Of a DNA stretch of 64,000 nt, positions 17,506 to 26,702 are shown piece after piece. Source of the stretch: a virus. The stretch covers positions 1 to 64,000 of IMG/VR virus record IMGVR_UViG_3300049459_000229; one strand, 5' to 3'. Under the pieces are notes generated by a model. It was not told the origin of the DNA, searched no databases, and saw only the letters and a program-made list of their open reading frames with translations. The stretch's first letter is position 1, and each line of letters starts with the position of its first letter. The translations under genes and the position numbers were made by a program.

Positions 17506-18140
17506 TGTTCATCACCCTCACCAACATCAAGAATCCGCGCCGCCCCTTCCCGATGCATTGGCGTGCCAACAGCATCGAGGCTGTCTATTATGACGACCTG
17601 CTGGACGCCACTGTCGTCAAGGTGGCGGGCCAGAACTATAGCGTGGCCCAGACGCCCGACGAAATCCTCGGCCTGATCGGCAGCCGCGGTGAGCCGCGCG
17701 CCGCCGACCGCCACCTGCTCACCCTTGCGGCGGATGCGCTGGTAGCACGGCAGAGCGTAAGCCAGGCTGATCTGATCAAGCAGCTGCGCTCCGCCGCCGA
17801 ACACTGGCGCAGTGCTGGGTCAGACGCTGGGCCGTCCGAGATCTTGACCAACGCACTGGACGAGTGCGACAAGTGGAAGGCCGCCTTCATGGAGTGGTCT
17901 GACAAAACCGACTGGGTGCAGGAGCAGAAAGATAGCTTCCCGTTCCGCACGATCGGGCTGCATCGCGCCGACATCATGAGGAAGGAGATCGACCGGCTGC
18001 GCGCCGAGAAAGAGCTGTGGCGCGCGGCGGCCGGCCTCACCCGCGAGCAGATCTGGAATATTGTGTACGGCTTCATGAAGCACGACGACCAGATCCTGTT
18101 CATGGCCAAGGTCGACGCAGCGCTGGAGGACCGGAAATGA
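17505..18140 (+). CDS. FlbD/SwrD-like N-terminal domain protein
   Basis: MFITLT...IEAVY...TVVKVAGQNYSVAQTPDEILGLI resembles the FlbD family pattern. Confidence 0.55.
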   Translation: MFITLTNIKNPRRPFPMHWRANSIEAVYYDDLLDATVVKVAGQNYSVAQTPDEILGLIGSRGEPRAADRHLLTLAADALVARQSVSQADLIKQLRSAAEHWRSAGSDAGPSEILTNALDECDKWKAAFMEWSDKTDWVQEQKDSFPFRTIGLHRADIMRKEIDRLRAEKELWRAAAGLTREQIWNIVYGFMKHDDQILFMAKVDAALEDRK

Positions 18141-18361
18141 ACGGCCGCGCCGCTCGCCGCATTCGCCGCGCCGCGAAACAGACCAGCCTGGCATCGCGCA
18201 AGGAACAGGGCAAGCATGAGGGCTACAGCGCAGCCCTCAAGCGCCTCAAGCGCGAGTACCGCGCCCGGCCCTACCACCAGCGCACCGGCCTCAGCTATGC
18301 CGTGCTGTCCCACAAAGCCCAGGAGCGCCGCTGGCGCGCCAGTCAACCGAGAACCAAATGA
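18137..18361 (+). CDS. Basic hypothetical protein
   Basis: MNGRAARRIRR; SD GGAGG. Confidence 0.7.
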   Translation: MNGRAARRIRRAAKQTSLASRKEQGKHEGYSAALKRLKREYRARPYHQRTGLSYAVLSHKAQERRWRASQPRTK

Positions 18362-18801
18362 ACGATCACCTCGCCCTCCTCGCCGCCCAGCTGGCCGAAA
18401 AGCACCGCATCCCCGAAACCAGCATCGTGCACCCGGAACTCGCCAACGACCCGATGCTGCCGCAAAAGCAGGCCGACCCGAACTACGTGCCCTATTGCCT
18501 GAAGACCGCGGACTGCGGCCGCGTGCGCCGGCGCCGCTATGGCTTCGAGTGCCCGACCTGCGGCAACAAGATGAATTACGACCTGACGCACTACGACGGC
18601 AACAAGAGCGTCGAGTACGCAGGTGAGCCGGCCAAGCCGGAAGACGCGCTGGCCGGCTTCCCACCGGTGCCAGGTGAGCGCTGGTGGCCCGAGCGCGTGG
18701 CGTCCGCACGACTTGCTCAACGCCGCGCTAAGCACGCTGAGCGCACGGCCTGGAACGATGCCGTCGACGCCAAGAAACGCGCCAAGAAGGGGCGCAAGTG
18801 A
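18358..18801 (+). CDS. Zinc-ribbon-containing protein
   Basis: YCLKTADC...FECPTCG. Confidence 0.7.
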   Translation: MNDHLALLAAQLAEKHRIPETSIVHPELANDPMLPQKQADPNYVPYCLKTADCGRVRRRRYGFECPTCGNKMNYDLTHYDGNKSVEYAGEPAKPEDALAGFPPVPGERWWPERVASARLAQRRAKHAERTAWNDAVDAKKRAKKGRK

Positions 18802-19031
18802 GAATCCACATCACCAGCGGCCCGACCAGGCCGAAACCCAAGGCCGGCGACCGCCGCATCACCAAGAAGCACGGCCTGCGCATCCGCGTGCCCGAGATCC
18901 ACAACGGCATGCACGTCTATAGCGGCAGCCGACCCTGCTATGCGTGGTGCAAGCCGGCCGACCTGCCTCGCTTCTATCAGCGCTACCTGACAACCGACGA
19001 ACTTGCAGCCTACTTTCCAGAGACGCCATGA
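18798..19031 (+). CDS. Hypothetical protein
   Basis: GTGA-coupled. Confidence 0.65.
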   Translation: MRIHITSGPTRPKPKAGDRRITKKHGLRIRVPEIHNGMHVYSGSRPCYAWCKPADLPRFYQRYLTTDELAAYFPETP

Positions 19032-19312
19032 TCACTGATGCCGCCAGCAAGCTGGTCGACGCCATTCTCGCCAAGAAGCGCGAGGCCGAAGGCACCGCCC
19101 AGCAGTACGCCATCTCCTATGCCAAGGACGACAAACCCGAAAACAAGGCCATTTTCCGGCGCTATTACGAAGCGGCAGAAATCTACAGCGCCATGCATAA
19201 CCTGGTGTGTGCCGGCCTGCACCAGGTCGAGGCCGAGATGTCCCGCAAAACCTCCGAGCTGGAACGCCAGCTCAAGGAGGCCGACAACAAGCTGAAAGGA
19301 AAACTTCCATGA
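19028..19312 (+). CDS. Hypothetical protein
   Basis: MITDAAS; coupled. Confidence 0.7.
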   Translation: MITDAASKLVDAILAKKREAEGTAQQYAISYAKDDKPENKAIFRRYYEAAEIYSAMHNLVCAGLHQVEAEMSRKTSELERQLKEADNKLKGKLP

Positions 19313-20850
19313 AAACGAACCCCGAACACCTCAAGGCCCTGGCCATCGCCGCCGGCGGTGGTACCTACAAGGGCGACTGGAAATCCACCGGCGTCGTCAT
19401 CGCAGCGTCTGACGAAGGTGGCATGCACTATCTGTTCCAGCACGTCCATGGCGAGATCGACACGCCGGCTCTGGCTTTCGTCGAGGCTGCCAACCCGAAC
19501 GCCGTTCTCGCCCTGGTCGAGGAGCTGCGCGCCGCCCAACCAGCAGGCGCAGCAGATACCACGGCAAGCGAGAAATCGCTAGATACGTTGGAATTCATGG
19601 CAAACGCTCAGGCATGGGCGCGAGCCTACGCAGCTCACGACATGGCCGAAGAGCGCAGGCAGTGGAGAATCATGGTTGATTGCCTGAATGCCGCCGCTGC
19701 CAAGCCGGTACAGGCTGGAGAAGCGGTAGACGAACGGGGGCTGGTCGAAGCGTGCCAGAATTTGGCAGGAGAGTTGGTTGTCGAGAAGCTACTGAACGAA
19801 AACCTTGCTCGCGAACTCGATGATGCCCGCGCCAGTCCTGCTCCGGTATCCGCCCAGCAGGGCGCAGCGTTGGACACGCCGGAAACTTGGGAGCTAATCC
19901 GAAACTACGCCGCTGCGCTGTTTGCCGTCGATGTTGAGGCAACCGCGAAGGCCAAGACGGCGCTGCTTGCGCATCTTGTCCAGCAGGGCGCAGCCAGTCG
20001 CGAACACTTCGAGAAGATCGCGCAGCAGTGCGGCGTCTATACCTGCAATTTCGCTCGTTACGATGAGGCCCGCGCTGCGCATGCAAACAAAGACCGCAGC
20101 CTTGGTGAGGATGTTGCGCCGGGTGATTATGTGAGCCGGACGCTTCAAAGCTGCTGGAAGGTCTACCAGGCCGCAGCCAAAACACCGGCAGCGCAGGCTG
20201 ACGATCCTCCGAAGCCTGCCGGGTCCGCGTGGGTGGGCGAACCCTGGCCCGAGTGGCCGCCTGTTTCGGATCAGGAGCAAATCGACCGTGACGCTGCCGT
20301 GAAGTTCTATCAGGCCAATCCCGGCGCGGCCCTCTACGATTTTATGGGCCGCGTTGGTCGCGGAACAACGGCACCGGCAGCGCAGGCTGTGGGTGCGCTG
20401 CTGCAGGCGCTTCGACTGGTGGTGGATGAGCCCGCCGATGGTGAGCCGTGGGTGATCGCCAGCGAAGCCCTTGAAGCCTACCGCGCCGCTTCCCCTGCCA
20501 GCACTCCCGAGGCAGCGCAGGCTGATGATCTGCGACTTGCGATTTGCAACATCCCGCTGCCGGTCTACGGCTCCAACTCGTTCCAGCACGGATTTGTGTC
20601 CGCCAAGGAAGCCGTTCTCGACCTGCTCAGCAAGCGCGCCGCCACTACTGCTGGAGCAGCGACGACCAGCGAGGATGCGCTGGAACAGTTGCTGATCGAG
20701 CACCGTATCGGCCTGACGCCCGAGAATGAAGGCGGGTTCCATGCGGAAGTGTATAGCGACCAGGAGATACCGAAGGCCAAAGGCTACGGGCAGACCCCGC
20801 GCGCCGCCATCGACGCTGCCATGCGCGCTACCCAGCAGGAGGGCGAGTAA
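19309..20850 (+). CDS. Ead/Ea22-like mosaic protein
   Basis: FVEAANPNAVLALVEELR Ead/Ea22-type motif; modules joined by repeated Ala/Gln/Pro linkers; C-terminal TPRAAIDAAM. Confidence 0.7.
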   Translation: MKTNPEHLKALAIAAGGGTYKGDWKSTGVVIAASDEGGMHYLFQHVHGEIDTPALAFVEAANPNAVLALVEELRAAQPAGAADTTASEKSLDTLEFMANAQAWARAYAAHDMAEERRQWRIMVDCLNAAAAKPVQAGEAVDERGLVEACQNLAGELVVEKLLNENLARELDDARASPAPVSAQQGAALDTPETWELIRNYAAALFAVDVEATAKAKTALLAHLVQQGAASREHFEKIAQQCGVYTCNFARYDEARAAHANKDRSLGEDVAPGDYVSRTLQSCWKVYQAAAKTPAAQADDPPKPAGSAWVGEPWPEWPPVSDQEQIDRDAAVKFYQANPGAALYDFMGRVGRGTTAPAAQAVGALLQALRLVVDEPADGEPWVIASEALEAYRAASPASTPEAAQADDLRLAICNIPLPVYGSNSFQHGFVSAKEAVLDLLSKRAATTAGAATTSEDALEQLLIEHRIGLTPENEGGFHAEVYSDQEIPKAKGYGQTPRAAIDAAMRATQQEGE

Positions 20851-21078
20851 ATGCCACGCGTCGACACCACTATCGAAATCACCAGCCAGGAACGCGGCGT
20901 CTATCACATCCCCGGCGTGCACAACACGCAGCAGACGTTGTGCGGCTATGTCGATTGTTACGGCGACAAGCGCCATGATGCCGCCGAGCACCCTTGCAAC
21001 TGTCAGCATTGCATCGACGCTCTCAACAAAATCAAGGCGATGCGCTTCCCGAAACACTATTTCGAAGGGGGCAAGTAA
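20851..21078 (+). CDS. Cys/His-rich small protein
   Basis: H...TLCG...CNCQHC putative Zn site. Confidence 0.7.
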   Translation: MPRVDTTIEITSQERGVYHIPGVHNTQQTLCGYVDCYGDKRHDAAEHPCNCQHCIDALNKIKAMRFPKHYFEGGK

Positions 21079-21554
21079 TGTCTAATAACCCGAACCAAGG
21101 CGCGAGCATTGCCGACGACGAAGAATTTGCGATCGCACTGCGCGCCTTCGAGAGCACACCGTTCCAGAGCCGCGTGCCGCTTATCGAAAGCATCATGACG
21201 TGGCACCGCGCCCAACTCGCTGCCCGCCGCACCCCTGCTGACGCTGTAGGTGCGGGAGAGCCGAGCACGCTAGACAGGCTGCGTGAGCGAAACCCCGAGT
21301 TCGTGGCGCACCTGGAGCGCAATGCCGCTGAGGTGGCGACGTGGCCAAGCTGGAAAACTGGCTTGTGGGCATCGGATACACCTGCCGGTGCAGGAGAGCT
21401 GCCACCGCTGCCGAGGAATTACGGCCGATTCAACATCAATGGGCCAGATGAGCACAGGATCCGTGGTTGGACTCAGGAGCAGATGCATGACTACGCCCGT
21501 GCCGCTATCGCCGCCGCTGATCGCGCCCAGCGCAAGGAGAGTCCAAATGACTAA
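21078..21554 (+). CDS. Mosaic hypothetical protein
   Basis: ELPPLP...TQEQMHDYARAAIAAD module common in phage accessory proteins. Confidence 0.7.
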   Translation: MSNNPNQGASIADDEEFAIALRAFESTPFQSRVPLIESIMTWHRAQLAARRTPADAVGAGEPSTLDRLRERNPEFVAHLERNAAEVATWPSWKTGLWASDTPAGAGELPPLPRNYGRFNINGPDEHRIRGWTQEQMHDYARAAIAAADRAQRKESPND

Positions 21555-21828
21555 GTACATCGAAACCATCCTGGCCGCCGCGTTCTTCGGGGCCGCCCTG
21601 TTCGTGTGGCTGTACGGGCGGCCGATTTCGTTCAATTACGATCCGGAGCATTTCATGGTGCTGGAGATTCACCTCGGCGCCATCATCCTGGCCATGCTGG
21701 GCGCGTACTACGCGATCGGCGTGTGGGCCGGTAATCCGGAGATGCGCGGCACGCTGTGCGTGCTGACCGTCCTCGCCCTGCTGCCGACCATCGTCAAAGT
21801 AGCAACCGCTCCTTTTTCTCTCATCTGA
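21547..21828 (+). CDS. Membrane protein (3 TM)
   Basis: SD AAGGAG; three hydrophobic segments. Confidence 0.7.
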   Translation: MTKYIETILAAAFFGAALFVWLYGRPISFNYDPEHFMVLEIHLGAIILAMLGAYYAIGVWAGNPEMRGTLCVLTVLALLPTIVKVATAPFSLI

Positions 21829-21830
21829 CC

Positions 21831-22778
21831 ATGACCCGGCCCACCATCCCCTTCAAGCCGCACGCTCTGCGCTGCCCTACCTGCAACCAGTACCTGCCCG
21901 ACCGCTGCACCTGCAACGGCATGAGTATCGAGCAGGCCCGGCAAACTACCATCACCCTGTTCGCCGACAACCTCTACTCGAAGTGGGGCTTTCACGACGG
22001 CGACATCCTCAACGACGCCTGGTACGCTCTGGGCCTGAGCGGCGACCGGCACGAGGTGCTGTGCCAGCTGGTCGAAGAGCGGCTGCTGCCGATCCTGCCG
22101 CACCCGGTGAAGACTGAACGCATCAGCACCTGCCACAACCCGATTCGCGTCGAGGATGAGCACCTGGAAGACAATAGCCGGCTGTCCAACGAGAACACCA
22201 GCGTGGACATCACCTACCAGGACATCCGCGAGTGTGCGGTGCGGCTGTCTGGCGCCATCGATATCGAATTCAGTAGCGCAGGGTTGCGCGAGCTGGCAGC
22301 GACACTTGTAGGCCGCACGCCTCCCGTGCCCAACCTGCAGCAGCGTAAGACCATTCATCTTCTCAAGTACGCTCCTCGTGATGTCCTCAACTCCCGTGCT
22401 GCGATGATCGCGCCCAACCTGCAGCAGCTGCCGAAGTGGCCACCGAATGAGGAGCTGCGCATCGAGCAGGAGCGCCTGCGCGCCTTCATGGTCGGCATGG
22501 ACTTCGCCGACCTCGAAGACCGGCTGGTGCTTATTGACTACTCACCCGGCCTGCCGACCGTGGTCTGTAGCGTGCCCCGCCGCAAGATCATCCAGCACTA
22601 CGACAGCCCGGCCGGACACCTTGCCGGTCGCGTCGAGGTCTGGGACGGCGACAAGCACATCGTCACGATCAGCCTGTCCGGTAACGCCCGCCAGCGCCGC
22701 CGCACCATTCGCCAGCTGAAGCGCGAGTTCACTGTCCGCCAGACCAATGCTGCCACCGGCGAAACCATCATTCGATAA
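21831..22778 (+). CDS. Mosaic protein carrying a PolA-like motif fragment
   Basis: N-terminal CxxC..CxC; PNLQQLPK...RAFMVGMDFADLEDR. Confidence 0.65.
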   Translation: MTRPTIPFKPHALRCPTCNQYLPDRCTCNGMSIEQARQTTITLFADNLYSKWGFHDGDILNDAWYALGLSGDRHEVLCQLVEERLLPILPHPVKTERISTCHNPIRVEDEHLEDNSRLSNENTSVDITYQDIRECAVRLSGAIDIEFSSAGLRELAATLVGRTPPVPNLQQRKTIHLLKYAPRDVLNSRAAMIAPNLQQLPKWPPNEELRIEQERLRAFMVGMDFADLEDRLVLIDYSPGLPTVVCSVPRRKIIQHYDSPAGHLAGRVEVWDGDKHIVTISLSGNARQRRRTIRQLKREFTVRQTNAATGETIIR

Positions 22779-22815
22779 CTGACGGCGCCGCATGGCGCCG
22801 CCTGGAGCTCACCCC

Positions 22816-23229
22816 ATGAAAATCACCACATCCAACGGCCGCGTCTGCATTCAGGCTGACGAAGCCGACGTCTCCATCCTGATGGAGCCGGGCGAGACCG
22901 AGCAGCAGGCGCTGCTGCGCAGTGCCCGCCTGCTCTACGACTGCGCCGAGTTCAACATCAAGCGCGCCCAGTTCCGCAAGCTGGCAGCCGCCACGCTCGG
23001 GCCGCCGCTGGATATCTGCTGCGAGATGCACAGCGTGCAGATATACGCCGGCCACGAGCACGGCTGGTACTCCGTCATGACCCGCCCCGGCGACTCGCCG
23101 ATCGAGAATCTGCGCCGGCGCGCGGCCGCGCTGCGCGAGGAGATCGCTGAGATGCCCAAGGACCGCCTTTTCGCCGCCTTGCTGTTCGAGCAGGCCGCCC
23201 TTCAACTGGAGAACGACAATGCGAACTGA
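22816..23229 (+). CDS. Hypothetical protein with internal duplication
   Basis: SD GGAG; MEPGETEQQALLR and TRPGDSPIENLRR halves. Confidence 0.7.
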   Translation: MKITTSNGRVCIQADEADVSILMEPGETEQQALLRSARLLYDCAEFNIKRAQFRKLAAATLGPPLDICCEMHSVQIYAGHEHGWYSVMTRPGDSPIENLRRRAAALREEIAEMPKDRLFAALLFEQAALQLENDNAN

Positions 23230-23647
23230 CCGCATCACCCATCTCATCACCGTCCTCGAGCGTGTGTCTGAAAGGCGCTTCAACATCGAGACTTGGCGCA
23301 ACAGCAAGGCCTGCGGCACCGTATGCTGCGCCGGCGGCTGGGCCGCACTCGATCCGGTCTTCAACAAGCAGGGCCTGAGCATACCAGGCACCCGGCCTAA
23401 GTTCGACGGCGAGCACGAGACCCTCCTCGACTTCGAGGCCTTGCAGATGTTCTTCGAGATCAGCGAGGACGAGACGTTCCAGCTGTTCTCGGCGTATCAG
23501 TACCAGAACAAACGGGCCACCCCGGCCGACGTCATCGCCCGCATCCGCAAGCTGCTGGCCGACCAGCAGCTGGAAGACGAGACGCGTGCCCAGGTCGAGG
23601 ACATCGAGCAGGCGCAGATCGACACTGGAGGCGACCATGGGCGATAA
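23219..23647 (+). CDS. Hypothetical phage protein
   Basis: FNIETW..ACGTVCCAGGWA motif recurrent in phages. Confidence 0.75.
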   Translation: MRTDRITHLITVLERVSERRFNIETWRNSKACGTVCCAGGWAALDPVFNKQGLSIPGTRPKFDGEHETLLDFEALQMFFEISEDETFQLFSAYQYQNKRATPADVIARIRKLLADQQLEDETRAQVEDIEQAQIDTGGDHGR

Positions 23648-23876
23648 GAACTGGGTCCTGACTACCGCCGAGAAGGACCCAAGCCTTGCCAAGGTGCCCT
23701 TCATCGTTGAGTACCTCGATGAGAATTTCAATGTCCGGCCGCACAGCGAGGAGTCGTATCCGACCTTCGACTACGCGCTGGCCCGCGCCCGCTGGGCCAA
23801 TGAGAACGGCGGCCACAACGTCCGCGTGGTGCAGGAGTTGGCATTCTGCTTCAATCAGCCCAAGGAGCCCTCATGA
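23637..23876 (+). CDS. Hypothetical protein
   Basis: SD GGAGG, MGDKNW. Confidence 0.7.
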   Translation: MGDKNWVLTTAEKDPSLAKVPFIVEYLDENFNVRPHSEESYPTFDYALARARWANENGGHNVRVVQELAFCFNQPKEPS

Positions 23877-24181
23877 AGCTCGCCTACCTCGACCTCTCCA
23901 ACGGCCACCTGACCGAGGCGACCTTCGCACTGCTGGGCAAGCATTTCCAGTACACCAGCAATCCGATCGAAGTCGGTCTGGACTGGCCGGCTATGACCGT
24001 TGTGACGCACGGCTACGGCGTCTTCATGACCGTGCCCTACGACTACTCACTGCAGCAGGGTGAGGCCGTGCCGGAAGACCTTGCGCGCGTGCTGGCTGCC
24101 GCTCGGCTGCGTGACGCCACCCTGATCCGCTTCGATGTCGACGGCGACGTCGATTCCACCCTCCCTTACTACGAATGGTGA
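23873..24181 (+). CDS. Hypothetical protein
   Basis: LDLSNGHL...PEDL...IRFDVDG..LPYYEW pattern common in mobile elements. Confidence 0.75.
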   Translation: MKLAYLDLSNGHLTEATFALLGKHFQYTSNPIEVGLDWPAMTVVTHGYGVFMTVPYDYSLQQGEAVPEDLARVLAAARLRDATLIRFDVDGDVDSTLPYYEW

Positions 24182-24184
24182 CCC

Positions 24185-24505
24185 ATGCAAGACATCGACA
24201 TCAAATCCCTCAAGCCTGGCGATATCCTCGAATTCGAAGGCGTCTTCCAGGTTTCGCCCTATGGTTGGACCAGTATTAACAGTGGCGCTGGTATCCCCGA
24301 CTACGTGACCATCGCGCCGGTCAAGATCTCCGTCACCGTGCCGGACGGCTTCAACGGCATCACGGCCATGGTGCAGGTGCTGGACGATAAGGCTGAGGCG
24401 GTCCGCAAGGAAGCCGACGGCAAGATCCTGGTGCTCACGAAGCAGAAGAACGACCTGCTGCAGCTGAGCTACGGCGGCCAGGAGATTCTCGATGCGGAGG
24501 CCTGA
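24185..24505 (+). CDS. Hypothetical protein
   Basis: Array member. Confidence 0.7.
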   Translation: MQDIDIKSLKPGDILEFEGVFQVSPYGWTSINSGAGIPDYVTIAPVKISVTVPDGFNGITAMVQVLDDKAEAVRKEADGKILVLTKQKNDLLQLSYGGQEILDAEA

Positions 24506-24506
24506 C

Positions 24507-24695
24507 ATGCAACTCGAAATCAAAACCGTCATCGACTTTGGCGAGGACGGCCCGCCGCCCGGCGACTACAACGACATTCTGCGCTTCGCCGTCGAGCGCC
24601 TGAACGAGCATGTCCTGACGCCACTGTGCAATACCTACGGCGCCCAGGCCTCCACCAACACCGGCTGGACCAGCTCGGGAGACGACGAAGAATGA
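24507..24695 (+). CDS. Hypothetical protein
   Basis: SD GGAGG, MQLEIK. Confidence 0.65.
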   Translation: MQLEIKTVIDFGEDGPPPGDYNDILRFAVERLNEHVLTPLCNTYGAQASTNTGWTSSGDDEE

Positions 24696-24931
24696 ACCGC
24701 GCACACCTCGCCGCCGTCGTCGCGGCTGGCCAAGACCTTGCCAGCGCGGCCGCCGGCCTGCTGCAGGCTCACGCCCACCGCCAGGGCCTCGAATCCTTGC
24801 GCCTGCGGATGATTCCTGAAGCCTGGCCGCCGGTGGGCGAGCAGGCTGACCGCCGCGTGCGCGAAGCGCAGTGGCGCTACGATAACGCGGCCGCCGCGGT
24901 GCGGCGCCTGACAACGAAGGAGGCGGCATGA
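24692..24931 (+). CDS. Hypothetical protein
   Basis: MNRAHL; ATGA-coupled. Confidence 0.65.
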   Translation: MNRAHLAAVVAAGQDLASAAAGLLQAHAHRQGLESLRLRMIPEAWPPVGEQADRRVREAQWRYDNAAAAVRRLTTKEAA

Positions 24932-25134
24932 ATCTCCAGCGCATGTGGATCAATCAGCCTTCCACGCTGCAGCATGGCCACAGCCTGCACGGCCGGCTGG
25001 TGCTGGCGTACCGTGAGGTCGGTGAGACCTGGCGTATCTACTTCCTCACCGGCCCTGTCGTCAGCCAGCAAATCGACGGCGCGGCGCTGTCGCCGGGCTG
25101 GCCCGAACACCTGCAAACCAAGGAGCCCACATGA
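24928..25134 (+). CDS. Hypothetical protein
   Basis: SD AAGGAGG; MWINQPSTLQ motif. Confidence 0.75.
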   Translation: MNLQRMWINQPSTLQHGHSLHGRLVLAYREVGETWRIYFLTGPVVSQQIDGAALSPGWPEHLQTKEPT

Positions 25135-25346
25135 AAGGCATCACCACCCGCGACATCGAGCACTACAACCCGCGCTGCAACGCCCGCGGCACGATCAAGG
25201 CCGGCACCGAGGTGGTCCTGATCAAGAAAGAAGGCTGGTCTGGCTGGGTCGTGAAGCATCGCGGCGACGCCGGCTTCATGTCAAAGTTCGACTGGGACCA
25301 TAGCTACGTTGACGTGCCGGCTGACGCCGTGAAGGGGCTGCTATGA
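25131..25346 (+). CDS. SH3-like small protein
   Basis: IKAGTEVVLIKKEGWSGWVV. Confidence 0.65.
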   Translation: MKGITTRDIEHYNPRCNARGTIKAGTEVVLIKKEGWSGWVVKHRGDAGFMSKFDWDHSYVDVPADAVKGLL

Positions 25347-25432
25347 ATTTCTGGATATGTAAGTGTGGGCACCACAACCCCTGGGCCAATAAGGCTTGTG
25401 GCCGCTGCTATCTCGCGAGGGTGTCGCCATGA
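25343..25432 (+). CDS. 29-aa RanBP2-type zinc-finger microprotein
   Basis: MNFWICKCGHHNPWANKACGRCYLARVSP; ATGA overlaps at both ends. Confidence 0.6.
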   Translation: MNFWICKCGHHNPWANKACGRCYLARVSP

Positions 25433-25642
25433 ACATCGGTGACCGCGTCGACACCCACTCCCACGGCCTGGGCCAGATCGTGAACGAGGAGCGTGCCAAC
25501 GCAGGCTGGCCCGACCGCCCGAACATGGTCCTCACCGGCACGCTACGGCGTGCTGCTGGACGACGCCGACCAGTACCCATGGTTCACCGGCGGCATCGCC
25601 TACTTCCAGCCGCACGAACTCACCCTGAAGGAGTCGAAATGA
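25429..25642 (+). pseudogene. Small gene with apparent 1-nt insertion near 25540
   Basis: Removing one base gives ...VLTG-RYGVLLDDADQYPWFTGGIAYFQPHELTLKESK*, ending in an ATGA overlap with the next gene. Confidence 0.6.
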
Positions 25643-25977
25643 CCTACCAACGCGTCATCCCACGCGACCTCTTCAACGAGGCCAGCCTCCTGAAGTGCTA
25701 CGGCCAGCTGTACCTACAGCTGGAATTCCACAACTTCCCAGGCGTCGAGCTGGTGCACATCCGGAATGCTTTCGACGTGCGTCAGGATCAGCGCAGCGGG
25801 GCGATCTACATCGACAACATCCGGCTGTCCGCCCGCGGCGTGCTGTATGGTTTCTGGCGCCCGCGCAACAGCCGTGCACCGTATCCCCTTTATCTCAACG
25901 CCGGTGATGACGACATTGCCGTCTTCAACGACGACGGCACCTTCACCGCTGAGATGCTCGACTTCCTGCGAGGCTGA
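25639..25977 (+). CDS. Hypothetical phage protein
   Basis: SD AAGGAG; MTYQRVIPRDLFNEASLLKCYGQL. Confidence 0.75.
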   Translation: MTYQRVIPRDLFNEASLLKCYGQLYLQLEFHNFPGVELVHIRNAFDVRQDQRSGAIYIDNIRLSARGVLYGFWRPRNSRAPYPLYLNAGDDDIAVFNDDGTFTAEMLDFLRG

Positions 25978-25978
25978 C

Positions 25979-26068
25979 ATGCGCAAGCTCTGGATCCTTG
26001 CAGCCGTGGCCTTCGTGCTGGCCGTTTACATCACCAACCATGGCCCTTTTGTGGCCGGAATAGGGTAA
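25979..26068 (+). CDS. Small membrane peptide (29 aa)
   Basis: MRKLWILAAVAFVLAVYITNHG...; SD GAGG. Confidence 0.5.
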   Translation: MRKLWILAAVAFVLAVYITNHGPFVAGIG

Positions 26069-26070
26069 TT

Positions 26071-26268
26071 ATGAACTTCACACCGCACGACCCCGACACC
26101 GACCTGATGACGGCCGCTGAATTCCAGGTCAATGTCAAAGCCGGCGGCTTCATCCGCACCGATGGCGATGGCTACTGGGCCACCATCGACGGTCACGACA
26201 TGAACGCCAGCGTCTGGTCCATTCCGCAACCCGCCTGGGCCACCCATGTGGCATGGCTCAATAAGTAG
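26071..26268 (+). CDS. Hypothetical phage protein
   Basis: GFIRTDGDGYWA...WATHVAWLNK. Confidence 0.75.
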   Translation: MNFTPHDPDTDLMTAAEFQVNVKAGGFIRTDGDGYWATIDGHDMNASVWSIPQPAWATHVAWLNK

Positions 26269-26276
26269 GTGCTAAA

Positions 26277-26615
26277 ATGTTGTCTCTTATCAACAACACT
26301 GAAAGCCTCGACATGCACCTCGCCTATGCAGCCCTGAATCCAGCCCAGGACATCAACCAGATCAACGCCTGGAAGCTCGTGCTGTTCCAGTTCAACATGG
26401 CTCTGCCGCCGACCACCGGCCTGTCGCCGATCGACAACGCGCTGATTTTCGCGCAGTCGCACGACATGAACCAGCTGTCGACCACGCCCGAGTTCAACAC
26501 CGCCGCCAACGAGTATTTCGGCGACTACTACGCCGAGCTCAACGGCGTGCCGGCGCCGGACATCGGCCCGTGTATCGACCTGGCCTGGGGCTCGCAAAAC
26601 GGGCGCACCGCATAA
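26277..26615 (+). CDS. Hypothetical protein
   Basis: ORF ending before terminator; start uncertain. Confidence 0.65.
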   Translation: MLSLINNTESLDMHLAYAALNPAQDINQINAWKLVLFQFNMALPPTTGLSPIDNALIFAQSHDMNQLSTTPEFNTAANEYFGDYYAELNGVPAPDIGPCIDLAWGSQNGRTA

Positions 26616-26636
26616 GCCGAGCCTGCTTTAATCTGC

Positions 26637-26666
26637 AACCGCCACCTTGCGTGGCGGTTTTCTTTT
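26637..26666 (+). terminator. Intrinsic terminator
   Basis: AACCGCCAC-cttgc-GTGGCGGTTTTCTTTT. Confidence 0.8.
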
Positions 26667-26702
26667 GGCGGGCACGCCGCCACCTAGCCTGAAAGGATCC
26701 CT

